Assembly (NCBI GenBank): GCA_051294905.1 | Contig: CM119371.1 | Location: 20,214,001-20,278,000 of the forward strand | DNA length: 64,000 bases | Reading direction: 5' to 3' | From: Botryllus schlosseri | Lineage: Eukaryota | Shown: positions 26,066 to 38,859 of the stretch, in pieces | How positions within the stretch are numbered: the stretch's first letter is position 1 | Layout: every line of letters starts with the position of its first letter | Position numbers and translations under genes: made by a program | The notes under the pieces: model-generated | The model's database searches: none | What the model was told of the DNA's origin: nothing | Seen by the model: the letters and a program-made list of their open reading frames with translations, nothing else

Positions 26066-26140
26066 AGAGAGTAGCTCAGTTGGTTAGGCGGCTGTTTCAC
26101 GATTACAGCGATATATTGGGTGTCGGTTCAAGTCTCGTGG
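26066..26140 (+). other. tRNA-like / SINE-head sequence (probably a pseudogene)
   Basis: GTAGCTCAGTTGGTTAG (A box) … GGTTCAAGTC (B box). No convincing acceptor stem. Confidence 0.5.
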
Positions 26141-26780
26141 TTCGGATTTTATGAACATTTTTCTAAATGCATTGAAATTTGGACTCGAGGCCGGCCGTTC
26201 TGATAGAAAACGAATTTCTTAACACTCGCATATACACTCAATGCAATACGTGGCTATAACGGCGTGGCAGTTCTTATCAATATTTCTCGTGAGGCCGGAA
26301 GTCTTATCGGATGTTTCTTGGGAATTTGGTAATATCTTTAGCTAATGCGTTTACAATCCTTTCACTGGATTGTAATGAATATCTAACGTTATACTTATGA
26401 AAAAACTTATTATACGCGGAGTGAAATTGAACTCATTCTGAATCTGGCTTGGCTACAAGGCATCATATTGGTATTAGTAAAATCGTATGGGCTGGGCATG
26501 GGCAATTGGGCATGTTTTCGATCACCAGCAGAAAGCAAGACAGATTCCGGCCACCACGTCCATGCTTTTGACGCTGGTCTGCGTGAAGTCTTTCCCTGAT
26601 ATTCAGAAGTCACCTTAAACGGCTTAGAGTCGCCTGAAATGGATTTACGCTTCTCTTTATTGTGATTGATAAGACATCTGCCGTAGTCAATCACCAATCA
26701 CAAAACGAACGGTGCAATTTTGATTGACAAAGCTTAGCTAGATCCACCAACATGTTCACGTGTCTCATGTTGACATATCT

Positions 26781-27090
26781 TAGGCTTACCATATTTCGGA
26801 AATGAAAAAAGAGGACACTTTTTCAGAAATATCAGACAAGCAAAACTGGAGAAGAATTCTCAAAAACATGTAAATTTCACCCGCTTCATGATCGGTTGAC
26901 TAAAAAAAAAAAAAAAAAAAAAAGGTCATCACTTCCGCTCAGAGCTCAAAAACACGTTTTTCACTCCACATTGCTAGGTGGATGACTAAAAAAATAAATA
27001 AATATAAAAATAAAAAGGTCTTTTTTTCGCTCAGAGCTGAAATCACCACTTTTCCCAAATCCTCGTAAAAGAGGACGTATGGTAAGCCTA
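26781..27090. mobile_element. hAT-type MITE present only in the left arm
   Basis: TIR TAGGCTTACCATA / TATGGTAAGCCTA. TSD ACATATCT at 26773-26780 and 27091-27098. Empty site near 35124-35131. Confidence 0.92.
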
Positions 27091-28039
27091 ACATATCTCA
27101 ATCAACAAATTCAGGAATGTGGAATAAACATATACGCTTATACTCACTAAATGATGTAATAAACGCACTCTCCCCCTTTGCAAGAAGCCCAATTTCCGAT
27201 ACCGCCGCAATCAGCGGCAGTGGTGCATGGAGCTAAAATCAGCAATATATTTGGTTATCTGTAGCAATGTAGCATGATTTAAAAAAGATTTATGACTCAC
27301 TTGCACCTGTACCATCCACGAAAAATAGCAGCCCAGTGATTGTAGTTGCGAATGCGAGAAGTAGATTCACCATGTTTGTGCTCTTGAGTTCGAATGCAAC
27401 TAGATTGAAAAAGCGTCGCGTTTTATGCTGTCTCTGAAATTTCTGATGTCATTTATCAATTGTAAGAACGGTGATGAAATCGGATGTCGTGCCATCAGAT
27501 CTCTTCAACGACACCGGTGCGTATTTTATTTCGTCTTGCCTGTGCCTACTATCTTGTCTGTTACACGAAAGATCCGCGCATTTATGTGGTCTCACGTTTC
27601 AAGTTTTGACAGATGCCACGTACAATATCGTCGATTGTTATCATATTTTGGGTTTAATTTGAGCACGATGTTGTATTCAAATGAGTAACGTCAGCTAAAA
27701 TTGAGTCACCGAGCCTTCTAGCTGCGCTACTGAACAAATGCAGGTCACAAATATCGCAATGGAACAATCAAGTGCTAGGCGTGATTACGACCGATCTCGA
27801 TGCGTTAACACCACTCAATAACATATTTTATAGCTGCAGTTCCCATATGTCGATATCTGAGAAAAATCGCAGCCGCCATAAATGTTTTCACACCTTCACC
27901 TTTAATTTAATGTAAGGCTGCCAAATGTCAGGATTTTCCCGGGCATAATCTATTTCAAACTATCGTCAATACAACAAATACCAAATTGTCAGGTGTGTTT
28001 GTCAGATTTCAAAATGAAAATGGTTTTGTTACTCTAGGA

Positions 28040-28810
28040 CAGGGGTGGGCAATTATTTTCCTCCACGGGCCAAATGAGAAAAATAAATACGTTGGCGGGC
28101 CGGGTGAAAACATTTAGCTATATTCTCCAGCGTATTGTAATTTTGTTTCTAAATTACATTGTTAATAAAGGCTGCTCAGTGAATGAGTTGATATTAGGTT
28201 ATGAGAAAGTGACGGCTAATTAAAAATATCTATTTGCTGTCATGATTCGAAACAATGTTAAACATGATACATTTTAGCTCTCTTTAAACCCACGTTCTTC
28301 TATTAAGATTCTAAAACAGTGGTTCTCAAACTTTTTTAGGCACGCCTCTCTTTATGATAGCGAATAATTTCGCCCCCTCTTTCATGATATCACAAAATAA
28401 TAAAAAGTGCAACCTGAATGCTAGCAATCCCAACGGATAGTTTGATGGCATGGAAGATTATGGCTGTTGATCAGAGACAGCCAATGTGATAATGTCAACA
28501 AGGAAGGTTTGAACTAAACTATATGGAAAGAGTGATTTCTTGAGACTTCAATTGCTACACATACTTTGCCACATTGCCTTTATGTTGAATCTGGATTACG
28601 CAAGCCAGGTACGTAGGCAGCGTAATCGTGGCATAATAAAGTATACAGGCTTCGAGGTAAGCCAATTTCATGTTCATTTGATACAGCCTATGGTTTTAGT
28701 CATTCAAAAGGCAAGTTTTATAGTTTGAATTTCAGGAAACCTTTCGCGGGCCACACAGAATAGCTTTGCGGGCCGCATTTGGCCCGCGGGCCGCACTTTG
28801 CCCAGGTCTG
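28040..28810. mobile_element. hAT-type MITE
   Basis: Ends CAGGGGTGGGCAA / TTGCCCAGGTCTG. TSD CTCTAGGA at 28032-28039 and 28811-28818. Confidence 0.88.
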
Positions 28811-28824
28811 CTCTAGGAAAAGCT

Positions 28825-29195
28825 AGATGACCAAGAGAAAATGTATTGTTACACTGGGTAAACGTCAGATCTCCAAAGGAAAATGATATTTTTACTCAGG
28901 TAAACGACGGACCACCAAGTGAAAAAAGGTTTGTAACCCAGGAAAAATATATTTCCAAGCGAAAAAGGTTTGTTACCCGGGAAAAAATATATTTCCAAGT
29001 GAAAATTGTTTGTTGCTCAGGGAAAAAATATATTTCCAAGTGAAAAAGGTTTGTTACCCGGGGAAAAAATACATTTACAAGTGAAAATGGTTTCTTACTC
29101 TGGGTAAACGTCAGATCTCCAAAGGAAAATGATATGTTTAGTCAGGTAAACGATGGACTGCCAAGTGAAAGTGGTAATTTTACATACGTAAACGT
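28825..29195. repeat. ~40-bp tandem minisatellite (about 9 degenerate units)
   Basis: Recurring CCAAGTGAAAAAGGTTTGTTACCC(A/G)GGAAAAATATATTT and the variant …TTACTCTGGGTAAACGTCAGATCT. Confidence 0.85.
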
Positions 29196-29199
29196 CGTG

Positions 29200-30950
29200 G
29201 GCTCAGTGTCGTTGGTCTTGTTACACGTAGCTGTCGAGTTGTACAATATACTTGTCGTGAGTATACAATTACGAAGGGAGAGAATGAAATTGCTATTATG
29301 AGCGCCAGAAGGTTGTTCTATGTAGATTTGACAGTAACCCTATCATTCGCATATGACAAACACAATCACAGCCATTAACTAACTTGCTCGGTCTCGATCA
29401 ACGCTAAAGAGATGATTCGTTTTTGGAAACCGTAGCGAAGACCACATGTAAATCTATGCGATAGACTTCTATCTCCTCTCATTCAGTCGTGTCGTTTCCA
29501 TTTTAATACGGACCCCCATGTATGACATGCACACACTAACACCGTAAACAGAAGTCGATGATTTTGATTAATAAAAATATTTCTTGACTACATCGGAATG
29601 TCTATGTTGTAGAAAGTAAATACTATTATGGCGTTGTGTGTTTAATGAAAGCGATTGGTTAAAAGTATGTTTCGGGGAAATAAAATTTCTTTTTCTGAAT
29701 GTGGCAGTTTGTGAGGTAATGAAAATATATCCGTGGTTTCAATTGGATTGTGATTGCGCTGTTTTAATGTATGCTTCAACATGGAGACTTGACGCTGAAC
29801 AACAACTCGATACACTAAACAATTTGTCGCTGGTGTGCAAAGGGTTAGGAAAATTTTAATACAGCTCCATCTACCGGTTGTTTCGTTGTGAGGACAATCA
29901 TGTGATGACTCAGCACTTTTCGGTAGCAAAGTAGATCGATCTATGTGAAAGATGTAAAGACCGTGACTAGAAAACATATGTACTCTGTTGTTGGAGTACT
30001 GCTATGGCATTGGCATAACCCTCTGGGTGTGAGTATGCTTTTCTTTCACGAAAGTTTACGTGGCTCCGTTGTAATGAATTTGTGTTAACTACACTTGGAT
30101 GGATACCGCAATTGTGCTCGACTCACACATGGTATTCGCATACTGCACGCATACAAACAACTCTGATGTTTCTGTTCGTACTAGTTCTGTGTTGAACTAT
30201 TTGGTTATTAAGATACAGGAACAACCATTCAGACAATAAAGTTCTTGTGACTTCGAAACAGTTTGAAAGCGCCACCAATCATTGTACATGTTCGTAGCAT
30301 GAGCGAATATTTTCGTGTGTCATGAATATCTTTCTTATACACTTAGTATGAAATGAGATAATAATTAGTGTCCTACAAAAGTAAAACATGTTGTGTTTGA
30401 TTGCATACTTTTTATCGTTGTTCGTTGTGGTTCTGAAATATGGATGAGTGTACATTTAAATATAGTAAGCAGAACAACTCAAGTAATAAATTTTACTCGT
30501 TTGAAAATCGGTTCGTTTGAAAATACCGATCAATGGAGTAACAGTATCAATATGAGTGGTATATTATTTTTCGCGATATGCAACCAATCTTCTAAGCAGA
30601 ACTTGTCAATAGTTTATCATGTCATAGAAAAGCCGATTGTTATGAATTCAAAACAAATGTACTTCGCTTATCGCGATGATGGAAATTACGTTCAACGGAG
30701 TATTTCGAAGTGGTATGTTCAACAATCACTAAAGACTAAAATATCAAATGTGCATACAACTCGGTTAGGTAAACGATACAGTTACAAATCGGGTGTAAGC
30801 TAGATTTACAGATGACAGCCTGATGATGTAAAGCTCAACCACTCCAGTGTGTTTTTTGCAAAGTATTTGACACAAACAAAATATTGAATAAAGACCTACA
30901 CCACGTTTTCATTACCAAGCGAGTGGAAATTGTTTTCTATTGGCTGGATA
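29200..30950 (-). pseudogene. Relic of a Polinton-type protein-primed DNA polymerase B (N-terminal/exonuclease half)
   Basis: Across many stops and frameshifts, the following appear in the order recalled for this family: KC.RKIF…RTCT…GGAFKL; YEQKHQS…CS..IP; YANAIAVL…STY; LKPRIYFHYLTNCHIQKKKFYFPETYF; PFVIVYSR. Recognised by eye only. Confidence 0.5.
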
Positions 30951-32949
30951 TGATTTACATTTAGAAAAGCGATATAGACCGATTAAGCGACGCTGTTTCA
31001 TATCCGTCGAGTGAGTAAAGTTTCTTTGGAGTTCGGTTTAGTGAGTTAATTGCTAGGGGCTCAATCACATACAAGTAACGTCTTTTAGTGACAGAGTATT
31101 GTGATGACATTTACTTTAGCGAATGACAACGGAAAAAAATTCGATTGCATTGTCGGTGTATGTGTTACACAAATAATTCTAGTACACCTAACTATAGGGC
31201 ACATTCGCCAAACATCGTACAAATTGTTTGTTTGTTATGGTAACGACTTTCAGCGGCTTGGTTTCATGTCGGGAATTATTATTTGAGTGTTCAAAAACAA
31301 TTTCAATCAATACTACAAATGAACAACGATACAAAACACGTTTAGTGATAGCAAGTACTTCCTTGATATTACGATTGTTGTGCACTAGCCATTTCTAGCT
31401 GAATTGAATGCATCTAGCAAACATATTCCAATTTACTTTTGTAATGATCAAAGTCTTGCAACCTCGTGATATTTTTCATTTAGCACGTTCTATAGAAAGT
31501 GTGAACGGAGTTGACTATCAATCGTGTACTTGGGATAATGCTTTGATATCAAAGATATATTTTCACACTGTGTAATGTTTCGATTCTCTGTTGTGAATTC
31601 TGACAGTAACGACGTTGATGTTAAATCCTCACTCTTGGTCATTGTAAGCGAATCCTAAACATCGCAACAGTCGGTCTGGAAATCGAACGCATGCATACTT
31701 TTAGATAGGCGACACTAACAAGTTTATTACATCCGTGAAATACTCTGAAACGTCGATTCGTGATTGTGTTAGCTATATTCATCTTCCATATCTGTGCCGG
31801 ACGTAAAGATTTCTTAACTTTGGTTACAGCTCATTCGTAACTAATTGTTGCGTGCAATCTAATAAAGCGCAAGTCGAAGACGAATGATTTGATTTCAATG
31901 AACTTAAAAGTCCTTTTTTGGTGTTGGGTTTAATACAATTTGTATGACTATAACGATTTCGATTCCAAAAGTGTTATGTTACATTTAACAAAAAGTTTGA
32001 TGACTTGTATTCTGATATTGATAGATGTGAAAAGTAATATGACTAGTTTATAAAATCCCGATAATGTTCTTTGTCATGTCTGTGTTCAACAAATATGCAA
32101 TCAAGTCTTACCATTCGATATTAACGTTCACAGTCGGCGTAAGCGATAATTTGTTGAAGTAACAATATGGACGAGTTCAATAATATTCTCCATCGATGTA
32201 TTCGAATAATCTGTCAGCTACAAGTGGATTAAAAACTTGATGCCGTTTTGTGGTTAACTCAAGTCAGTGGCCGTGTTTGTGTAGATTTCAGGGATGATCA
32301 TGACATGTTGGCAGGGTAAATTAGTTTATGTGGTTGTAACTATGATCGTAAAGAGTTGCTGACATTCCAATATCTTTTACGCTGTAATATACGGATTCAG
32401 TTGTGATAAATTATTTATCAGTTATTGTTCAGACATTCAAATCTCATATACTCAAAATGTAATATGTTTATGTCAAGTCGTATATGTACCGATTAGTAAA
32501 TACTTTGTCTTACAGTGTAGTAACAGCCTTTACAGTTGAATAAAAATTATCGGTCATATGAATACAACCAGGATGAATTAATTCAAATTTGCGAGTTGTA
32601 GTGATATAATCAAGTAAGTCAAAACTATATTTTTAACACCGGTTAATGTTATGAATAATTCTTCTGAGTATGGTAAGATGTTAAAATGTATCTTTGACAA
32701 ACGGGAAGCTGGATCGTGAATAGAGTGGTAATGTTTCATTACTTGTTTCAAATCAATGTGCGTATAATATCGAAATGGTACTTGGAAAGATGGTAGTCAT
32801 GTTTGTCAATCCTATTTCAATTCACACTACGCCGGAGTCAAAATATTTCGTTTCGGATTATCTCAATTTACCTATAGAACATCTCGCGAATGGATTCCGA
32901 CGCTGTACTATAACTAGATCGCTATGTCTGATGCATTATCGTGTCAGCG

Positions 32950-33680
32950 ACGTAGGATTTTTACAATTATTTCACACCTTTTTTGAATAAGCGTCAACTT
33001 CACAGAGGATTAGGGTTGGATCAGAAATAAGTGAGAATTTGTCGGTATTCGAATCACCGTCTGCGACGGTTCTGTTATTCGTTACATATTTAATCTTACC
33101 AGAGAAATCCAGTTCTGCGACAAACCAATTACCAAAATAATACCTCGTGAGTGATCGGCATGCCTGTAACACCAAGTCGCGAGCGATGGTTATGTCTGCA
33201 GCGTTATCCTGTGAGCGTTCGTAGGATTTTCAAATTATTTCACACCTTTTTGAATAAGTGTCAACTTCGCGAAGGATTACGGTTAGAGTAGAAATAAGTG
33301 ACAATTTGTTGGTATTCTAGTCCCGCCGGTGGCGGTTCTGTTATTCGCCCCTTATTGTGCTTATCATGCAATTAGACTTAGAAAATAAAGCATCAAGTTG
33401 TTGTTTTCGAATCTTGATGTCGAGGTTATAAATTTACGCATCCAATTACAATTCAACTTCGATTATGTATTGAGCGATAGATCGATATGCCTGAAGCGGT
33501 ATCTTGTGAGTGATCGTAGGATTTGTAATCTATTTCACACCTATTTGAAGTGATAGTTTGCGAACGCGGTTATTGTTGGTATTGGAATCGCCGTCTACGT
33601 CGGCTCTCTGGTAAACTAATTAGCGAATATTACCTTGCTAGTGATTCCTAGATCCACCAAATTATTTCACACCTTTTGGC
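32950..33680. repeat. Degenerate tandem repeat of ~270-295-bp units
   Basis: GTAGGATTTT..AATTATTTCACACCTTTTTGAA recurs near 32952, 33221, 33517 and (partially) 33660. Confidence 0.75.
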
Positions 33681-33699
33681 TGAAAGTACGACATACCAA

Positions 33700-34200
33700 C
33701 AACGAAGCCGCGTGCGACCGATCCCTATGCTGAAAAGGGTTACCGTGCGACCACAAGCCACAATAGCCGCTTGTCACCCCCGCCATAAGACATAAGAGCC
33801 GCTTGCGACCCCCGCCATAAGAATAACGATATATCATCGTCGCACTCACCGTAAACGTTGGGATTACTTCAAATTGGTCATATATAATAATTTGTGATAC
33901 ACACAACAACTAAGAACCAATCACGTGACTATTTACTTGATACATATTCATCACCGTGCCGCCGCGCCTATACCAACAACGTTAGTCAAATAATGAACAG
34001 TCTATACCCGAAGGGTCACCGTGCCGCCGCAGCCTATACCCGAAAAGGTAACCATGCCACCCCCGCCGTAAGACACAATGGCACCGTGCCACCGCACCCA
34101 TAAGAGATAAGGGTCACCGTGCCACCACGAGTTTCTCGGCACCGTGCCGCCGCACCCATAAGAACCCCATAGCCGCGTGCGCCCGATCTATACTACTACT
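33700..34200. repeat. GC-rich subterminal repeats and AGT-repeat terminus (putative Polinton TIR)
   Basis: Repeated (A/G)CCGTGCC(G/A)CCGCACCCATAAGA / CCCCGCCATAAGA motifs ending in CTATACTACTACT. Confidence 0.7.
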
Positions 34201-37200
34201 TACATCAATCCTTCATAATTCCTGACATTTGGGCACATTTTAGAATTTCCTCACGGACGCATTTGAACGGGGAAATTCCGGACTTGCCCGGGAAAATCCT
34301 TACATTTGGCAGCCTTACATTAAATTAAAGGTGAAGGTGTGAAAACATTTATGGCGGCTGCGATTTTTCTCAGATATCGACATGTGGGAACTGCAGCTAT
34401 AAAATATGTTATTGAGTGGTGTTAACGCATCGAGATCGGTCGTAATCACGCCTAGCACCTGATTGTTCCATTGCGATATTTGTGACCTGCATTTGTTCAG
34501 TAGCGCAGCTAGAAGGTTCGGTGACTCAATTTTAGCTGACGTTACTCATCTGAATACGACATGGTGCTCAAATTAAACCCAAAATATGATAACAATCGAC
34601 GATACTGTACGTGGCATCTGTCAAAACTTGAAACGTGAGATCACATAAATGCGCGGATGTTTTGTGTAACAGACAAGATAGTAGGCACAGGCAAGACGAT
34701 ATAAAATACGCACCGGTGTCGTTGAAGAGATCTGATGGCACGACAACCGATTTCATCACCGTTCATACAATTGACAAATGACATCAGAAATTTCAGAGAC
34801 AGCATAAAACGCGACGCTTTTTTAATCTAGTTGCATTCGAACTCAAGAGCACAGACATGGTGAATCTACTTCTCGCATTCGCAACTACAATCACTGGGCT
34901 GCTATTTTTCGTGGATGGTACAGGTGCAAGTGAGTCATAAATCTTTTTTAAATCATGCTACAGATAACGAAATATATTGCTGATTATAGCTCCATGCACC
35001 ACTGCCGCTGATTGCGGCGGTATCGGAAATTGGGTTTCTTGCAAAGGGGGAGAGTGCGTTTATTACATCATTTAGTGAGTATAAGCGTATATGTTTATTC
35101 CACATTCCTGAATTTGTTGATTGAGATATGTTAACATGAGACACGTGAACATGTTGGTGGATCTAGCTAAGCTTTGTCAATCAAAAATGCACCGTTCGTT
35201 TTGTGATTGGTGATTGACTACGGCAGATGCTTTATCAACAAGACAACGCTGACATTTATGGGTAGTACACTTAACAAATACGATACGTCGTCATAATAAA
35301 GAGAAGCGTAAATCCATTCGAGGCGACTCTAAGCCGTTTAAGGTGACTTCTGAATATCAGGGAAAGACTTCACGCAGACTAGCGTCAAACGCATGGACGT
35401 AATGGCCGGAATCTGTCTTGCTTTCTGCTGGTGATCAAAAACATGCCCATGCCCAGCCCATACAATTTTACTAATACCAAAATAATGCCTTGTAGCCAAG
35501 CCAGATTCAGAATGAGTTCAATTTCACTCCGCGTATAATAAGTTTTTTCATAAGTATAACGTTAGATATTCATTACAATCCAGTGAAAGGATTGTAAATG
35601 CATTATCTAAAGATATTACCAAATTCCCAAGAAACATCCGATAAGACTTCCGGCCTCGCGAGAAATATTGATAAGAACTGCCACGCCGTCATAGTCACGT
35701 ATTGCATTGAGTGTATATGCGAGTGTTATGAAATTCGTTCATATAGGCTACAATTGAGGTACATTCAAAATTATATCTGGTTCCATGTCGCGTGTTACGT
35801 CATAGCCAGGTACGTCAGAAACAGATACACGCAACGGATACGCAACGCAACCTTCTGGAGTCAGATTACACATCAATAACATCACATAAACATTAGCTCT
35901 GCGTTATAATATTGATGAAGGAACGAGCTCTATCACATGACGACATATATCTTCCGTTGTAGAAATGATATGCATTCCTTGTGTCGTTGAATAGCAATCG
36001 CTAATCTGCGTATATATTAATGCTCAACCAATCGATATGGTATCCAAAGCAGTCTATGCGCAATGTGCATTGCCTATGCTTTAAAATGCATCATTTTAAG
36101 TACTTGAGTATTTTGATGTGGCTCCATCGTACTCTGTGGATTGAAATGCAGCCCCGACGTCAAGAAGGTTGGGGACCACTGATATAAACCCTAACTATAA
36201 GGACTTTCGCTTAAGTGGGGGACCGTTGTCACCACGCCTTTCAATGGCTACATCACTGTCAGAAATGTAACGTTACATGGACCTATGCCTTTGCCTTCAA
36301 TGGAATAAGTTAAGCCTACTATTCGATATCTGCATAAAGCAGGAAAGCTTTTATGTTGATATGTATTTTTCTCTTTAAAGCCGGTAGAAAGAAGATATGA
36401 AGCAGGAAGAAGCGATGAAGTATTTGGAATTACGATCGATTTCTAGCGTTCAATATTTCAAATAAATCATATCGCAGAAGAGATGGGATATTAATTGCAC
36501 TCCAGGCTAGCACTGTAATTTAAAAAAGTCTTGGGGTCATAGAGATGTTTCCATGCCGTTTGATGTTAATCAGGTTCTATAAAAGGCAGTGATGGTATTT
36601 ATCAGATCCGATCCTGAAATATTTGACCAAACTACCAAAGTTTTGTTTAACGGTAGGTGGAGCAACAAAGGACAGAATTACGTTAAAAATTGTATATAAA
36701 TTGTCTGTTTTTGAGGGCAACGTCAATACCAGTGTCACTGTACAGTGTACATTATATATAAAAAAAAATGTTCCGAGGAGCTCTGCGCTGAAAAGGTGAC
36801 GTGGTCACGAATGCGGCAAACTTAACTGTAAGCTGCGTTGTATAAATAATTTTGTACCCTTTGGCTCCAACGTACTCTGTGGATTGAAATGCAGCCCCGA
36901 CGTCAAAAAGGTTGGGGACCACTGATATAAACCCTAACTATAAGGAATTTCACTTGAGTGGGGCATCGTTGTCACCACGCCTTTCAATGGCTACATCACT
37001 GTCAGAAATGTTACGATACATCAGGGGCGGGCAACATACAGCCCACGGGCCGGATCCGGCCCGCTGACAGTTCCCGTCTTAGTTGATAATGGGGCCCGCC
37101 GGCCGGTGTTCAGTCAATACCGATAAAACCATTATCGAGAATGGACATTACCGAGAATGCAATGTATGCAATGTATTCAATGCAGGCAAGTTATGCATAT

Positions 37201-38859
37201 TTACAGGCCGTGTGCATATGCATGACGGCTTTGTCACATTCGGTGTCTTATCTCACATATAAATATCTCGACAACGCCTACTCAATAAGTTAGATTCTTG
37301 GTATTGGCTGTTCTCGGTAATGTCAATTCCCGGTAATAGTTTTCTCGGTATTGGTATAGAACCATAAATTCCGACAATGCAAGTCTTCTCGCTTCTACTT
37401 ACTTACGCGTAAGCTCCTCTCTCGCACGCTGTGCACACACGCAAATACAGCCGCTAAAATTTGACGTAGTAAGCAAGAAGTGGGGAATCTCGGCAGACTA
37501 GGGCCGCGGGGGTTCTATCTATACCATTACCGAGAATGTGTGCGGGAGTGGAGCTCACGCGTAAGTTCGTAGAAGTGAGAAGACTTGCATTATCGGCATT
37601 TACGATGTACTCAACCCTAATGAATTGATATCTTCGTAAATTTGGGATACCGGGCTTATTGAACGCCTTGAAATCTTAATTATATCTTAAATTCACATTG
37701 TCTCCATCATTATCGGCGAGAAATGGCTTTGAAATGACTCGAGTCAACTTTTTCGTATGACTTGACTTGACTCGAGTCACTTTGCAAAAATGATTTGACT
37801 TGACTTGACTCGGCGCTTCAAAAATGTGTATTGACTCGTGACTGCGAGCAAAATTTACGAGTCAATTTCAAGTCATCAAGTAAACGGTGTATCTTGTTCA
37901 TGTTCGGATTATTCACGATACACCGGTGTCACTTGTGTCAGCAACCAGTCATTCACTGATTGTACCTTTCACTGATCCCTCCTTGTTACATCACAAATAA
38001 ACTCACCGAAAACGAAATGATGACAGCTTACTGTTTATGTCTAGCAGTAGAATAATCTAACAGCAACGGATCTCTGTTTCTTAGACGGCTCAGCGCTTAC
38101 AACCAAACCTCTTGTATGATTTGAATCGAACGAATATAGTTTATGCGTTTATATTCTCACGGATGAGTAGATGGGTAGTGTATTGTACCATATCAATTTG
38201 TTTAAACTTATCGACGCTTCGTATTCTATCCTCCATTTTGGCTCACGTATTTTATTAGCTGCTCTGCGTCTGCGTGAGCGATACAACGCCTTTTTGCGTG
38301 TATATTTGACTATATAATCGGTATTTGATTAAAGATACATGACCAATACATCTGTTTTTCACCCATCTAGCAACATGTAATGACTTTGAATCATCACTCA
38401 TGCTTCGAAAATTCAATCTGACTTGAATTGTGACTTGATTCGAGACTTGACTTGACTTGACTCGAGTCACCTCCAAAAAACGAGTGACTTGACTTGACTC
38501 GATTCCCCTTCGAAAATCGAGTGACTTGACTTGACTCGAGTCAAAGTGTGCAATGACTCGAAATGACTCGTGACTCGAAAGTAGTGACTTGATCCCAACA
38601 CTGCCGTGATGTAAATACTCTTTTGTGCTATTCCCATTATTGATAGTTACTATGCCTCTAATTGCAGCACCAAGACCTAAATACGCTTCTTTTGCTATGT
38701 CCATTTAACTGCATAAGCCTTGAATTGCAACACCACACCGCGATATTAATGTTTTTTTTCGCTATGTCTATGTAACTGTGCATTATTGATAGGTACTGTT
38801 CCACTTCATTTCTTTCTGTGCTCTTCCATACAAGTTACACCGCAGTTACTTTATTCATG

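Larger units (their letters stand above)
17447..27945 (+). repeat. Left arm of giant inverted duplication
   Basis: Reverse-complement match to 34285-43215 throughout. Mirrored ORF pairs include 18213-18419/42035-42241, 19162-19362/41117-41305, 20651-20860/39250-39462 and 27471-27662/34568-34759. Confidence 0.97.
27946..34200 (-). mobile_element. Truncated, heavily decayed Polinton/Maverick-like element (one end)
   Basis: Terminus TACTACTACT at 34191-34200 reads AGTAGTAGTA on the minus strand. GC-rich subterminal repeats at 33700-34190. PolB-like relic motifs on the minus strand at ~29200-30950. Confidence 0.62.

Noticed and set aside
28825..29195. Regularly spaced repeats resembling a CRISPR array
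   Set aside because: Units are tandem and degenerate with no unique spacers. The context is eukaryotic and no cas-like ORFs are present.
30393..30803. 136-aa plus-strand ORF as a gene
   Set aside because: No recognisable motif. It is antisense to the putative decayed PolB frame.
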